The translations under genes and the position numbers were made by a program. Source: Armatimonadota bacterium (GTDB lineage: Bacteria; Armatimonadota; Fimbriimonadia; Fimbriimonadales; GBS-DC). From it: DNA of 64,000 bases. The notes beneath the pieces were generated by a model. That model was not told where the DNA came from. It made no database searches and was given only the letters and a program-made list of their open reading frames with translations. Location: positions 204 to 64,203 of the forward strand of contig JBCNVA010000060.1 in NCBI GenBank assembly GCA_039630445.1, read 5' to 3'. Below are positions 55,988 to 63,139 of this stretch, piece after piece. The first letter of the stretch is position 1. Every line of letters starts with the position of its first letter.

Positions 55988-56467
55988 TCAATGGCATACA
56001 TCACAATGCACACCGTCAAAGTCGTCGCGGGTCATACGAGAGGCATTCACCGGATCAGAGCGCCCCTCAAGCCAACCGTGGGGCATGTGGCAGCGCAGAC
56101 AGATGTCCGCTCCGTTCGGGTGCCCAATCGCCCAGATTGAGTCCTGAATAGCTACCGTTAGGCATGCCCAGAAAAGAGGGTCGCGTGCCGATTGGGCCAT
56201 CATCGAACCCTGCCACATAAACCATGGCTCAGCGACTGGGTCATAACCCGAGTGGCAGTTCTGGCAGCGGTTTGGTCCCTCCAGAAGCACTCCCTGATCT
56301 GGTTGGGTGCCGGGCATACGCACCAGCGGGTCTTCACGCACAGGCAGAGGGGTCCAGCCTGTTTGTGGGAGTAAGCCAGCCTGCGTAGTGAAAATCACCA
56401 GAACGATCAGTGGGCTTGCCAGCCTCACCATTCTGACCATACAACGCCAAGCATCACTGCGGTTCAT
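55988..56467 (-). CDS. multihaem c-type cytochrome, N-terminal part (159 aa)
   Basis: Signal/anchor peptide. Three CXXCH motifs (CQNCH, CLRCH, CDVCH). Ends ..HCDVCH-TGA. GGAGGTG SD. Confidence 0.75.
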   Translation of the reverse strand: MNRSDAWRCMVRMVRLASPLIVLVIFTTQAGLLPQTGWTPLPVREDPLVRMPGTQPDQGVLLEGPNRCQNCHSGYDPVAEPWFMWQGSMMAQSARDPLFWACLTVAIQDSIWAIGHPNGADICLRCHMPHGWLEGRSDPVNASRMTRDDFDGVHCDVCH

Positions 56468-56522
56468 GGACGGTCACCTCCTTCCGCAAGCTGTTTAAAC
56501 CACGGGTGGGGAACACCTGCCT

Positions 56523-56530
56523 ATGATACC
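56523..56530 (-). promoter_or_regulatory. candidate -10 element (GGTATCAT on minus strand) for the cytochrome gene
   Basis: Plus-strand atgatacc, about 55 nt upstream of ATG 56467. Confidence 0.35.
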
Positions 56531-56706
56531 TTCATCATGCCCGATCGACCACTACGAAATCGCTATCCTGTGGCGTTGGCACGCCTGTCAGTGAGAGAGC
56601 TCTCACCCTCGATGCAGTATGACAGGGCATCCTTGCCGTGTTTGCTCTACCGACTGTTGCGGAGGGACGCGCTTGTGCCAAAGGAGCCTGTCCAGTTCTG
56701 CTGAGA

Positions 56707-56714
56707 GGTACAAT
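56707..56714 (+). promoter_or_regulatory. candidate -10 element GGTACAAT; transporter gene probably leaderless
   Basis: TACAAT at 56709-56714; 8 nt to GTG 56723. Confidence 0.45.
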
Positions 56715-56722
56715 CCTTTCCC

Positions 56723-57424
56723 GTGAGCAGTCGGACAAACACCACAGCGCCGCTGGGCTATTCAGTTTGGTTCGTTGGCATCGTCGCGCTCTTTTTGACC
56801 AGCCTGCTGACGGCAAATCTTATTGCTTCCAAGGTAGTGAGTATCGCAGGGCTGGTGGTGCCCGCGGGCATTATCATCTTTCCGATCAGCTATATCGTGG
56901 GTGATGTGCTGACCGAGGTGTACGGTTATCGGCGGGCGCGACGGGTCATCTGGTTCGGCTTCGGCTGCAACCTGCTGATGGTGCTGGCGATTCAGGTGGC
57001 GATCGCACTGCCACCCGCACCCGACTGGAAACTGCAGGAGGCTTACGCGCAGATTCTGGGCGCGACACCACGCTTGCTGATAGCATCGTTCGCTGCCTAC
57101 CTCTTTGGCGAGTTCAGTAATGCCTTTGTGCTGGCAAAGATGAAGATCCTCACGCAGGGGCGCTGGCTCTGGACGCGCACCATCGGCTCCACGCTGGTGG
57201 GGCAGGCGTTCGACTCGGCGATTTTCTGCACGCTGGCGTTCGTGGGCGTGGTGCCGCCTGTCGTGCTGCTGAACATGATTCTCACCCAATGGTTGGCGAA
57301 GTCTGCCTATGAGGCGCTCGCTACCCCGCTTACCTATCTCGTGGTCGGCTTCCTGAAGGCACGTGAAGGGATCGATGTGTACGATTACGAGACCCGCTTC
57401 AACCCCTTCATGCTGGAGGAGTGA
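56723..57424 (+). CDS. yhhQ: queuosine-precursor transporter (VUT/YhhQ, DUF165 family)
   Basis: LLTANLIASKVV.., FPISYIVGDVLTEVYGYRRARRVIW, multi-TM. Confidence 0.8.
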   Translation: MSSRTNTTAPLGYSVWFVGIVALFLTSLLTANLIASKVVSIAGLVVPAGIIIFPISYIVGDVLTEVYGYRRARRVIWFGFGCNLLMVLAIQVAIALPPAPDWKLQEAYAQILGATPRLLIASFAAYLFGEFSNAFVLAKMKILTQGRWLWTRTIGSTLVGQAFDSAIFCTLAFVGVVPPVVLLNMILTQWLAKSAYEALATPLTYLVVGFLKAREGIDVYDYETRFNPFMLEE

Positions 57425-57456
57425 GATATGCTATGCTTAATGGGGAGGTGAGCTAA

Positions 57457-57714
57457 ATGAAAACGCTGACAATCGAAGTGCCCGATGAGGTCTACGCGGC
57501 GTGCGAGCGGATAGCTGCCCGCACGGGACGCACGGTGGAGCAGTGCGTGATGGAGTTCCTGCTCAAGTACGGTCCACGCCCAGCGCCTGTGCTGAGCGAG
57601 GAGCAGCGTCAGCAGGCGCTGGAACGACTGCTTCGCCATGCAGGCTCGCAGAGTCTCGGCAGAGCAACGGGGATAGATAACGAATGCATCGATGCGGATC
57701 TGGCACGCGAATAG
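57457..57714 (+). CDS. VapB-like antitoxin-type protein (85 aa)
   Basis: MKTLTIEVPDEVY.. (RHH/antitoxin-like N-terminus) and a ..IDADLARE C-terminus; GGAGGTG SD. Confidence 0.5.
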   Translation: MKTLTIEVPDEVYAACERIAARTGRTVEQCVMEFLLKYGPRPAPVLSEEQRQQALERLLRHAGSQSLGRATGIDNECIDADLARE

Positions 57715-57771
57715 CTGACCACTGACCGCCACTTTGAGCAAGAAGGCTTCGTCCGCCTGCTGAAGCCATAA
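57715..57771 (+). pseudogene. PIN-domain (VapC-like) toxin remnant, last 18 codons only
   Basis: In frame directly after the TAG: LTTDRHFEQEGFVRLLKP-stop. It resembles the conserved C-terminal ..LLT.D.dF.. strand of PIN toxins. Confidence 0.4.
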
Positions 57772-57776
57772 CCGCC

Positions 57777-57840
57777 ACTTCGCCCTTTCACCACTTCGCC
57801 ATTTCGCCACTTCGCTACTTCGCCGCTTCACTACTTCGCC
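57777..57840 (+). repeat. phased 8-bp array E (8 units)
   Basis: acttcgcc ctttcacc acttcgcc atttcgcc acttcgct acttcgcc gcttcact acttcgcc. It supplies the stop codon and last three codons of the convergent phosphatase gene. Confidence 0.9.
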
Positions 57841-58448
57841 TCCAAAAAGCCCGTGTAGTTGAGCAGGGCAACCCAGATGCGCCCGTCTACCCGCTCAATA
57901 ATCGAGACGGCAGCGTTATCCAGCCGAATGCGCCGATAGGTCTGGATGTCGCCCGCAAGCGCGTCGCAAAGCAAGATACGCAGGCTACCCCCATGCCCCA
58001 CTATGACCAATTCACCCTCGGTGTATTGCTCATAAAGCTGGTTGGCAAACTGCTGCACCCGATCCCAGAAGGCGGTCATCGGCTCCCCTTCAGGCGGCGT
58101 GCCCGCCAGCGGGTCGTATAGATAGGTGAAGTGATGTTCGGGGTAGCGTTCGATCACTTCCTCGCGGGTCAATCCCTCCCATGCGCCCCAGTTGCGCTCG
58201 CGCAAGGCAGGAGTCGGGTGGGGCGGCGCACCCAGTCGGGCAGCGATAACCTCTGCGGTTTGCCAGCATCGCTGCAGGTCGCTGGTGTAGACCGCAAGGG
58301 GCGCCTGCACGCGCTGCGCCAGCCACCCCGCTACCCGCTCTGCCTGCTGAAGCCCGACCGCATCCAGCGGCACATCCGAATGCCCCTGAATGCGTCCCGT
58401 GTGGTTCCATGCCGTCTGCCCGTGCCGCACCAGATAGAGTCGAAGCAT
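57831..58448 (-). CDS. histidine phosphatase family protein (phosphoglycerate-mutase-like)
   Basis: LYLVRHGQTAWN (RHG motif), second catalytic His in VIVGHGGSLR. Confidence 0.85.
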   Translation of the reverse strand: MLRLYLVRHGQTAWNHTGRIQGHSDVPLDAVGLQQAERVAGWLAQRVQAPLAVYTSDLQRCWQTAEVIAARLGAPPHPTPALRERNWGAWEGLTREEVIERYPEHHFTYLYDPLAGTPPEGEPMTAFWDRVQQFANQLYEQYTEGELVIVGHGGSLRILLCDALAGDIQTYRRIRLDNAAVSIIERVDGRIWVALLNYTGFLEAK

Positions 58449-58560
58449 AACCTAAGTTTCTGTTTTTCAGGCATCGACAGCCTCGCTGAGAATGGCAGCT
58501 TTGAGTTCCGGGTGCAGTGCATCCACCGTCACCAGATCGATTCTTTTCACCTCATGTAGG

Positions 58561-58598
58561 AGTATACCCCCCTTCTACTGCGGAGCGCGGGGTATACT
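58561..58598. promoter_or_regulatory. divergent pair of GGGGTATACT -10 elements forming a 10-bp inverted repeat
   Basis: agtatacccc (58561-58570), N18, ggggtatact (58589-58598). The right arm lies about 25 nt upstream of the VKOR gene start. The left arm points toward the phosphatase gene. Confidence 0.4.
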
Positions 58599-58623
58599 CT
58601 CCCTTTGGAGGATCCGAGTGCGG

Positions 58624-59772
58624 ATGAAGGCGGTTCTAATCAATCGATTGATCATCCTTTTTGCTGGGATAGGGATGGTGATTGCAGGGCTGTTATGGAT
58701 TTCGCATTCTACAGGCTACGCACTGCCCTGCACAGGCACGGGCTGCGATGAGGTGGCGCGTTCGCCCTATGCGCGCTTTCTGGGCATTCCGACGGCAGCC
58801 CACGGCTTTTTCTACTTCGGAGTGTTGCTGGTGCTGGCGCTCTCGCGATTACAGTATCCGGAGCAGTGGTTGCTCTATGCGCGAGGGCTTGCCGCGCTCA
58901 GTACGCTGGGCTTGCTCGCCTTCGCCTATCTGACCTATGTACAGCTCGTCGTGCTGGGACTGTACGCGAAGGGCAGTCCATGCTGGTGGTGCTTGGGCGC
59001 GGCTGGTTCGAACCTGCTGGTGTGGCTACTGTCGCTGGTGGGATTGCGCGCGCAGCCTGTAGAAGCAGTAGGTTGGGGGCGCGAGCTGCTCAAAGCCGTC
59101 ATGATGACCCTGCTACTGATAGTGGCAGGCTTTGCCTTCGGTGCATGGCAGTGGATGCGCACCACCAAACCGACCGTGCAGGAGGTAGATGCCGAAAAAC
59201 TGAAGCTGCTCTATGAGGAGGGGCAGGGTTGGCGAAGGGGCAACCCCAACGCTGCGCTGGTGATTGTGGAGTTCTCCGATTTCCAGTGCCCTGCCTGCCA
59301 GCAAGCCTATGATATTCTGGAGAATCAGTTCCTTTCAAAGCATGGGGACAAAGTGCTGTTCGTCTTTCGGCACTATCCGCTGGTGGAGCTGCACCCGATG
59401 GCGTGGATTGCTGCCTCCGCAGTGGAGGAGGCAGGCGCACAGGGCAAGTTCTGGGAGATGTATCACGCGCTGTTCCGCAACCAGGAGCAGATGACGCCCC
59501 AAAACATCGAACTGGCAGCCAGGTCGCTGGGGCTAAATGTCCAAAAGATCCGTCTCGCGATGCAAAATAAAGATATCCACTTCAAAAAGATTTATCGCGA
59601 CCTGAAGGAAGGCTCTATGCTGGGTGTCAGCTCCACGCCGACCTTTATCGTAGTGTTCAAGGGCAAGATGCGCCTGGCGCGCGGGCTAGGACCGCTCGTC
59701 GCCACGCTGAATGAGCCTGAAATCCAAGCCTATCTGGGTGAGAAGTTCGAGCCGAAGGTACAGGGCAACTAA
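58624..59772 (+). CDS. VKOR-thioredoxin(DsbA-like) fusion, disulfide-bond formation protein
   Basis: VKOR loop cysteines (LPCTGTGC) and the CWWC active site in a TM helix. C-terminal Trx fold with FQCPAC. Start at ATG 58624 or GTG 58618, after a GGAGGA SD. Confidence 0.85.
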   Translation: MKAVLINRLIILFAGIGMVIAGLLWISHSTGYALPCTGTGCDEVARSPYARFLGIPTAAHGFFYFGVLLVLALSRLQYPEQWLLYARGLAALSTLGLLAFAYLTYVQLVVLGLYAKGSPCWWCLGAAGSNLLVWLLSLVGLRAQPVEAVGWGRELLKAVMMTLLLIVAGFAFGAWQWMRTTKPTVQEVDAEKLKLLYEEGQGWRRGNPNAALVIVEFSDFQCPACQQAYDILENQFLSKHGDKVLFVFRHYPLVELHPMAWIAASAVEEAGAQGKFWEMYHALFRNQEQMTPQNIELAARSLGLNVQKIRLAMQNKDIHFKKIYRDLKEGSMLGVSSTPTFIVVFKGKMRLARGLGPLVATLNEPEIQAYLGEKFEPKVQGN

Positions 59773-59835
59773 GACGCACGGTGCCTCCATGCCCTTTGGT
59801 GGCTATTAGATGAGCCATCGCTTGGTGGACGAGAG

Positions 59836-61104
59836 ATGACCCGATACACCGCGCCGCGGGGCACGCAGGACATCCTGCCCGATACGAGCCACTTGTGGCA
59901 GTATGTAGAGAGCAAGTGGCGCGAAGTTTGCCATCTATACGGCTACCGCGAGATCCGCACGCCGATGTTCGAGGAGACGGAGCTTTTCATTCGCAGCATC
60001 GGCGAGGTGACCGATATCGTTTCCAAAGAGATGTACACTTTCGAGGATCGGGCGGGGCGCAGCCTGACTCTGAAACCTGAGGGCACCGCCCCTGTGGTGC
60101 GTGCCTATCTGGAGCATGGGCTGCATGCCAGCGGCGGCGTCGTGCGCCTCTACTATATCACACCTATCTTTCGCTATGAGCGTCCGCAAAAAGGGCGTTA
60201 TCGTCAGGCTCACCAGTTCGGGGCGGAGATTCTGGGCGCGGCGTCGCCGATAGCGGATGCCGAGCTGCTGGCGATGGTGCTGCACTTTTTCCGCGTGCTG
60301 GGCATTCCCGATGAGCGTATCGAGCTGCACCTGAACACGATTGGCTGTCCCAAATGCCGCCCCGCCTATCGCGATGCGGTGCAGGCGTTCGGGCGAGAGC
60401 ATCTGGCAGCGCTCTGTCCTGCCTGTCAGGAACGCATCGAGCGCAACCCGCTGCGCGTACTGGATTGCAAAGTGCCCAGCTGTCAGGCGGTGATGGCGAG
60501 CGCGCCTGCAATTGACCCCTACCTATGCGAGGAGTGTCGTGCCCACTTTGAGGGGCTGCTGAGCCTGCTCAAGCAGCTGGATCTGCCCTATGTACGCGAC
60601 CATCGGCTGGTGCGGGGCTTCGATTACTACACGCGCACCACTTTTGAGGTACTGGCACAGGGTCTGGGGGCGCAGAACGCGCTGTGCGGTGGCGGGCGCT
60701 ACGACGGGCTGGTGGAGGAGTGTGGGGGACCGCCCACACCCGCGCTGGGCGTCGGCATCGGCATCGAGCGCACGCTGCTGGTGTTACAGGAGATGGAAGC
60801 ACCACTCCCCGAACCGCCCAAACCGCTTGCCTTCATCATCGCAATTGGCGATGCAGCACGCCCAATCGCCCTCCAGATCGCCCAGCAGCTACGCGGGGCA
60901 GGCATCCCCACCGATATCGACTTAGAGGGGCGCAGTCCAAAAGCGCAGATGCGCCTCGCGGACCGCTTAGGTGCACGCTACGCGCTCCTCTTGGGCGAGG
61001 CGGAGCTGGCACAGGGCACCATCACCCTGCGTGATTTGCAAACTCGCGAACAGCGTACTGTGCCGCAAAGCGGCATCCTTACTGCCCTTCAAGCAAGCGA
61101 CTAA
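59836..61104 (+). CDS. hisS: histidine-tRNA ligase
   Basis: Class II motifs: RGTQDILP, FRYERPQKGRYRQAHQFG, GGGRYDGL; anticodon-binding domain. Confidence 0.95.
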   Translation: MTRYTAPRGTQDILPDTSHLWQYVESKWREVCHLYGYREIRTPMFEETELFIRSIGEVTDIVSKEMYTFEDRAGRSLTLKPEGTAPVVRAYLEHGLHASGGVVRLYYITPIFRYERPQKGRYRQAHQFGAEILGAASPIADAELLAMVLHFFRVLGIPDERIELHLNTIGCPKCRPAYRDAVQAFGREHLAALCPACQERIERNPLRVLDCKVPSCQAVMASAPAIDPYLCEECRAHFEGLLSLLKQLDLPYVRDHRLVRGFDYYTRTTFEVLAQGLGAQNALCGGGRYDGLVEECGGPPTPALGVGIGIERTLLVLQEMEAPLPEPPKPLAFIIAIGDAARPIALQIAQQLRGAGIPTDIDLEGRSPKAQMRLADRLGARYALLLGEAELAQGTITLRDLQTREQRTVPQSGILTALQASD

Positions 61105-61826
61105 CTTGCTTGCTCCAGTATCTGCCTGACGCGGGCGAGGTCCTCCTCTGTGTCGACGGCGATCGAGGCGTGTTCGAAGGGCACCATGCGGATGCGATAG
61201 CCGTGTTCCAGCACGCGCAGCTGCTCCAGTGCTTCGGTACGCTCCAACGGGGTTGGCTCCCATTCGGCAAACTGCAGCAACAGCTCGCGCCGATAGACAT
61301 ACAGCCCAATATGCTTATAGACAGGCTGCTCAGTCGCCTCACGCGGATAGGGAATGCGGGAACGGGAGAAGTAGAGGGCATTCCCTTGTTGATCCAGCAC
61401 CACCTTCACCACGCTGGGCAGGTCATACTCGTGCGGTTGGGCGAGGCAATAGAGGCTGCTCATCATCACTACGGGGTCATCCAGCAGGGGCTGCACGGCG
61501 CGGTCAATACCTCGCGGGTCTAACAAGGGTTCATCGCCCTGAATGTTTACATAGATGGTGCCATCAGTGCGGCGAGCCACCTCAGCCAAGCGGTCAGTGC
61601 CGCTGCGATGCGCATGGCTGGTCAGCATCGCCTGCGCACCAAACGATTCGGCTGCCTGCATGATTTCTGCGTCGGGCGTCGCGATGTAGAGTTCATCCAG
61701 CGTCTTTGCCTGACGCGCTCGCTCCCAGACCCACTGGATCATCGGCTTGCCCGCAATCGGCAGCAGAGGTTTGCCCGGCAGGCGTGTCGCCGCCATCCGC
61801 GCGGGAATAACGCCGATCACTTTCAT
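61101..61826 (-). CDS. kdsB: 3-deoxy-manno-octulosonate cytidylyltransferase
   Basis: MKVIGVIPARMAATRLPGKPL, NIQGDEP. ATG 61826 overlaps the upstream stop (ATGA). Confidence 0.92.
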   Translation of the reverse strand: MKVIGVIPARMAATRLPGKPLLPIAGKPMIQWVWERARQAKTLDELYIATPDAEIMQAAESFGAQAMLTSHAHRSGTDRLAEVARRTDGTIYVNIQGDEPLLDPRGIDRAVQPLLDDPVVMMSSLYCLAQPHEYDLPSVVKVVLDQQGNALYFSRSRIPYPREATEQPVYKHIGLYVYRRELLLQFAEWEPTPLERTEALEQLRVLEHGYRIRMVPFEHASIAVDTEEDLARVRQILEQAS

Positions 61827-63046
61827 TGCGCTATCCTCCACATAATCAGCCCCGAAAGCACCTTTGGGTAGAAGTAGGTCGATTTGTGGGGCATGCGCTC
61901 GCCACGCAGCGCCACTTGCTGGAGTGTTGACAGGCGAGGTGGATTGAGCAGAAAGGCAGCTGCCGCCTCACCTCGCTGAACGGCATCGACCGCTTCCTGC
62001 GCCGAGCGCGTGTAGCGCACCTCCACTGCACCATAGCCCAACATGGGCATCAGGCGTTCATGCAGCCACCAAGCATCGAGGCGCGCCAGCACTTCCGAGC
62101 CGTCAGCGTCCGCGCCCTCATGCCCTCGTGGGCGAATAAGCCATGCCCCATCGCGCCAGAGAAAGCCCACAGCCTCCCCCTCCGACGCCAGCACTTGATC
62201 GAACAGGCTCTCTGACGATACGGGCTGTACCTCGAAGGCGGCATTAAGCCGTGCCTGCCACTCGTCGGGCGTATCAGGCGGCAGCGTTGCCAGCAGGCGG
62301 TGCGTGGGCAAAATGACCAGACCCGGGTCATCCAGCGGCACAAGCAAGATGGGCAGGAAGCGTTCGGGGGAGCCGTCGCTGCCGTACTGCTGCCCGAAGC
62401 GAAGCGCAGTCTCATAGCGGTGGTGTCCATCGGCAATCCAGACACGCACCTCACGAAATTCCCGCTCGATGCGACTAATTGCCACGGGGTTCGTCAGGCG
62501 TTCCAGCCGGTGCAGGTGCCCTTCAGGCAACTCATCGCCCTCCAGGTGGGCAATCGGCTCCCACAGCACACCTTCCAGTGCCTCGCGCAGAGCAGGAAGG
62601 GGTTCATATAGCCCGAAAATCGCCTCCAGATGGGTGCGTGTCGCCTCCAGCAGGCGGAACCGATCCTCCTTGACGCCCGGAAAGGTATGTTCGTGGGGCA
62701 GTACGACCCCGTGCTCGTAAGGCTCGGTATGCAGCAGCACGAAGTAGCCTGTGCGCGTGCGCGTTGCGCCTGTGAGCGGGTCAACGAATTGCTGAGTGTA
62801 GCGATAAATCGCTGGCTCTGGGTCAGGTTGCAGCACGCCATCCTGCAGCCAGTGGTCAAGGAGCTTGCTCGCACGCTGATAGCGTGCCTCGCCGTTCGCG
62901 GGCAGGGTCAGATGCACCACATTGAATGGGCTGAGGCTGGCAAGATGTGCCCGTTGCGCCGCATCAATCACATCATACGGCGGAGCGACCACCTCGGGGA
63001 TCAGGCGCGCATATCGCAAGGCTCGAAACGCGCGTATCGTTGCCAT
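61823..63046 (-). CDS. DUF1015 family protein
   Basis: IRAFRALRY......VVAPPYDVI N-terminus and ADGHHRYETAL motif typical of DUF1015. Confidence 0.8.
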   Translation of the reverse strand: MATIRAFRALRYARLIPEVVAPPYDVIDAAQRAHLASLSPFNVVHLTLPANGEARYQRASKLLDHWLQDGVLQPDPEPAIYRYTQQFVDPLTGATRTRTGYFVLLHTEPYEHGVVLPHEHTFPGVKEDRFRLLEATRTHLEAIFGLYEPLPALREALEGVLWEPIAHLEGDELPEGHLHRLERLTNPVAISRIEREFREVRVWIADGHHRYETALRFGQQYGSDGSPERFLPILLVPLDDPGLVILPTHRLLATLPPDTPDEWQARLNAAFEVQPVSSESLFDQVLASEGEAVGFLWRDGAWLIRPRGHEGADADGSEVLARLDAWWLHERLMPMLGYGAVEVRYTRSAQEAVDAVQRGEAAAAFLLNPPRLSTLQQVALRGERMPHKSTYFYPKVLSGLIMWRIAQ

Positions 63047-63104
63047 AGCACTTCCCTCCCAGTGTTCGGCGTGGGGGTTCCACTTCGACCAGCCCGTCGG
63101 ACAT

Positions 63105-63116
63105 AAATATACCCCC
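63105..63116 (-). promoter_or_regulatory. candidate -10 element (GGGGGTATATTT on minus strand) for the DUF1015-kdsB operon
   Basis: Plus-strand aaatataccccc, about 60 nt upstream of ATG 63046. Confidence 0.35.
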
Positions 63117-63139
63117 GATTGCTAACTGCCCAATCTCTG

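Noticed and set aside
55988-55990. Genome-wide TGA reassignment (code 4 or 25) as the explanation for the in-frame TGA
   Set aside because: Many well-supported genes in the window terminate at TGA at the expected position (for example the histidine kinase, rnpA, the RibD_C-like reductase and the prfB frame-0 stop). TGA is therefore a normal stop here.
56531-56722. Possible preQ1 riboswitch upstream of the YhhQ-family queuosine-precursor transporter
   Set aside because: I found no match to the preQ1-I hairpin loop or A-rich tail consensus. The only stem (ctgct/agcag) has a 21-nt non-consensus loop. A -10 box 8 nt before the start codon implies a leaderless transcript with no room for a riboswitch.
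37456-57840. The short-unit arrays as CRISPR arrays
   Set aside because: The units are 7-8 bp and directly abutting, with no spacers. Arrays are at most 72 bp. No cas genes are present; the Cas4-like nuclease is a stand-alone PD-(D/E)XK protein.
59773-59835. T-box or His leader upstream of hisS
   Set aside because: The spacer is only 63 bp. It has no specifier or terminator architecture and no His-codon run.
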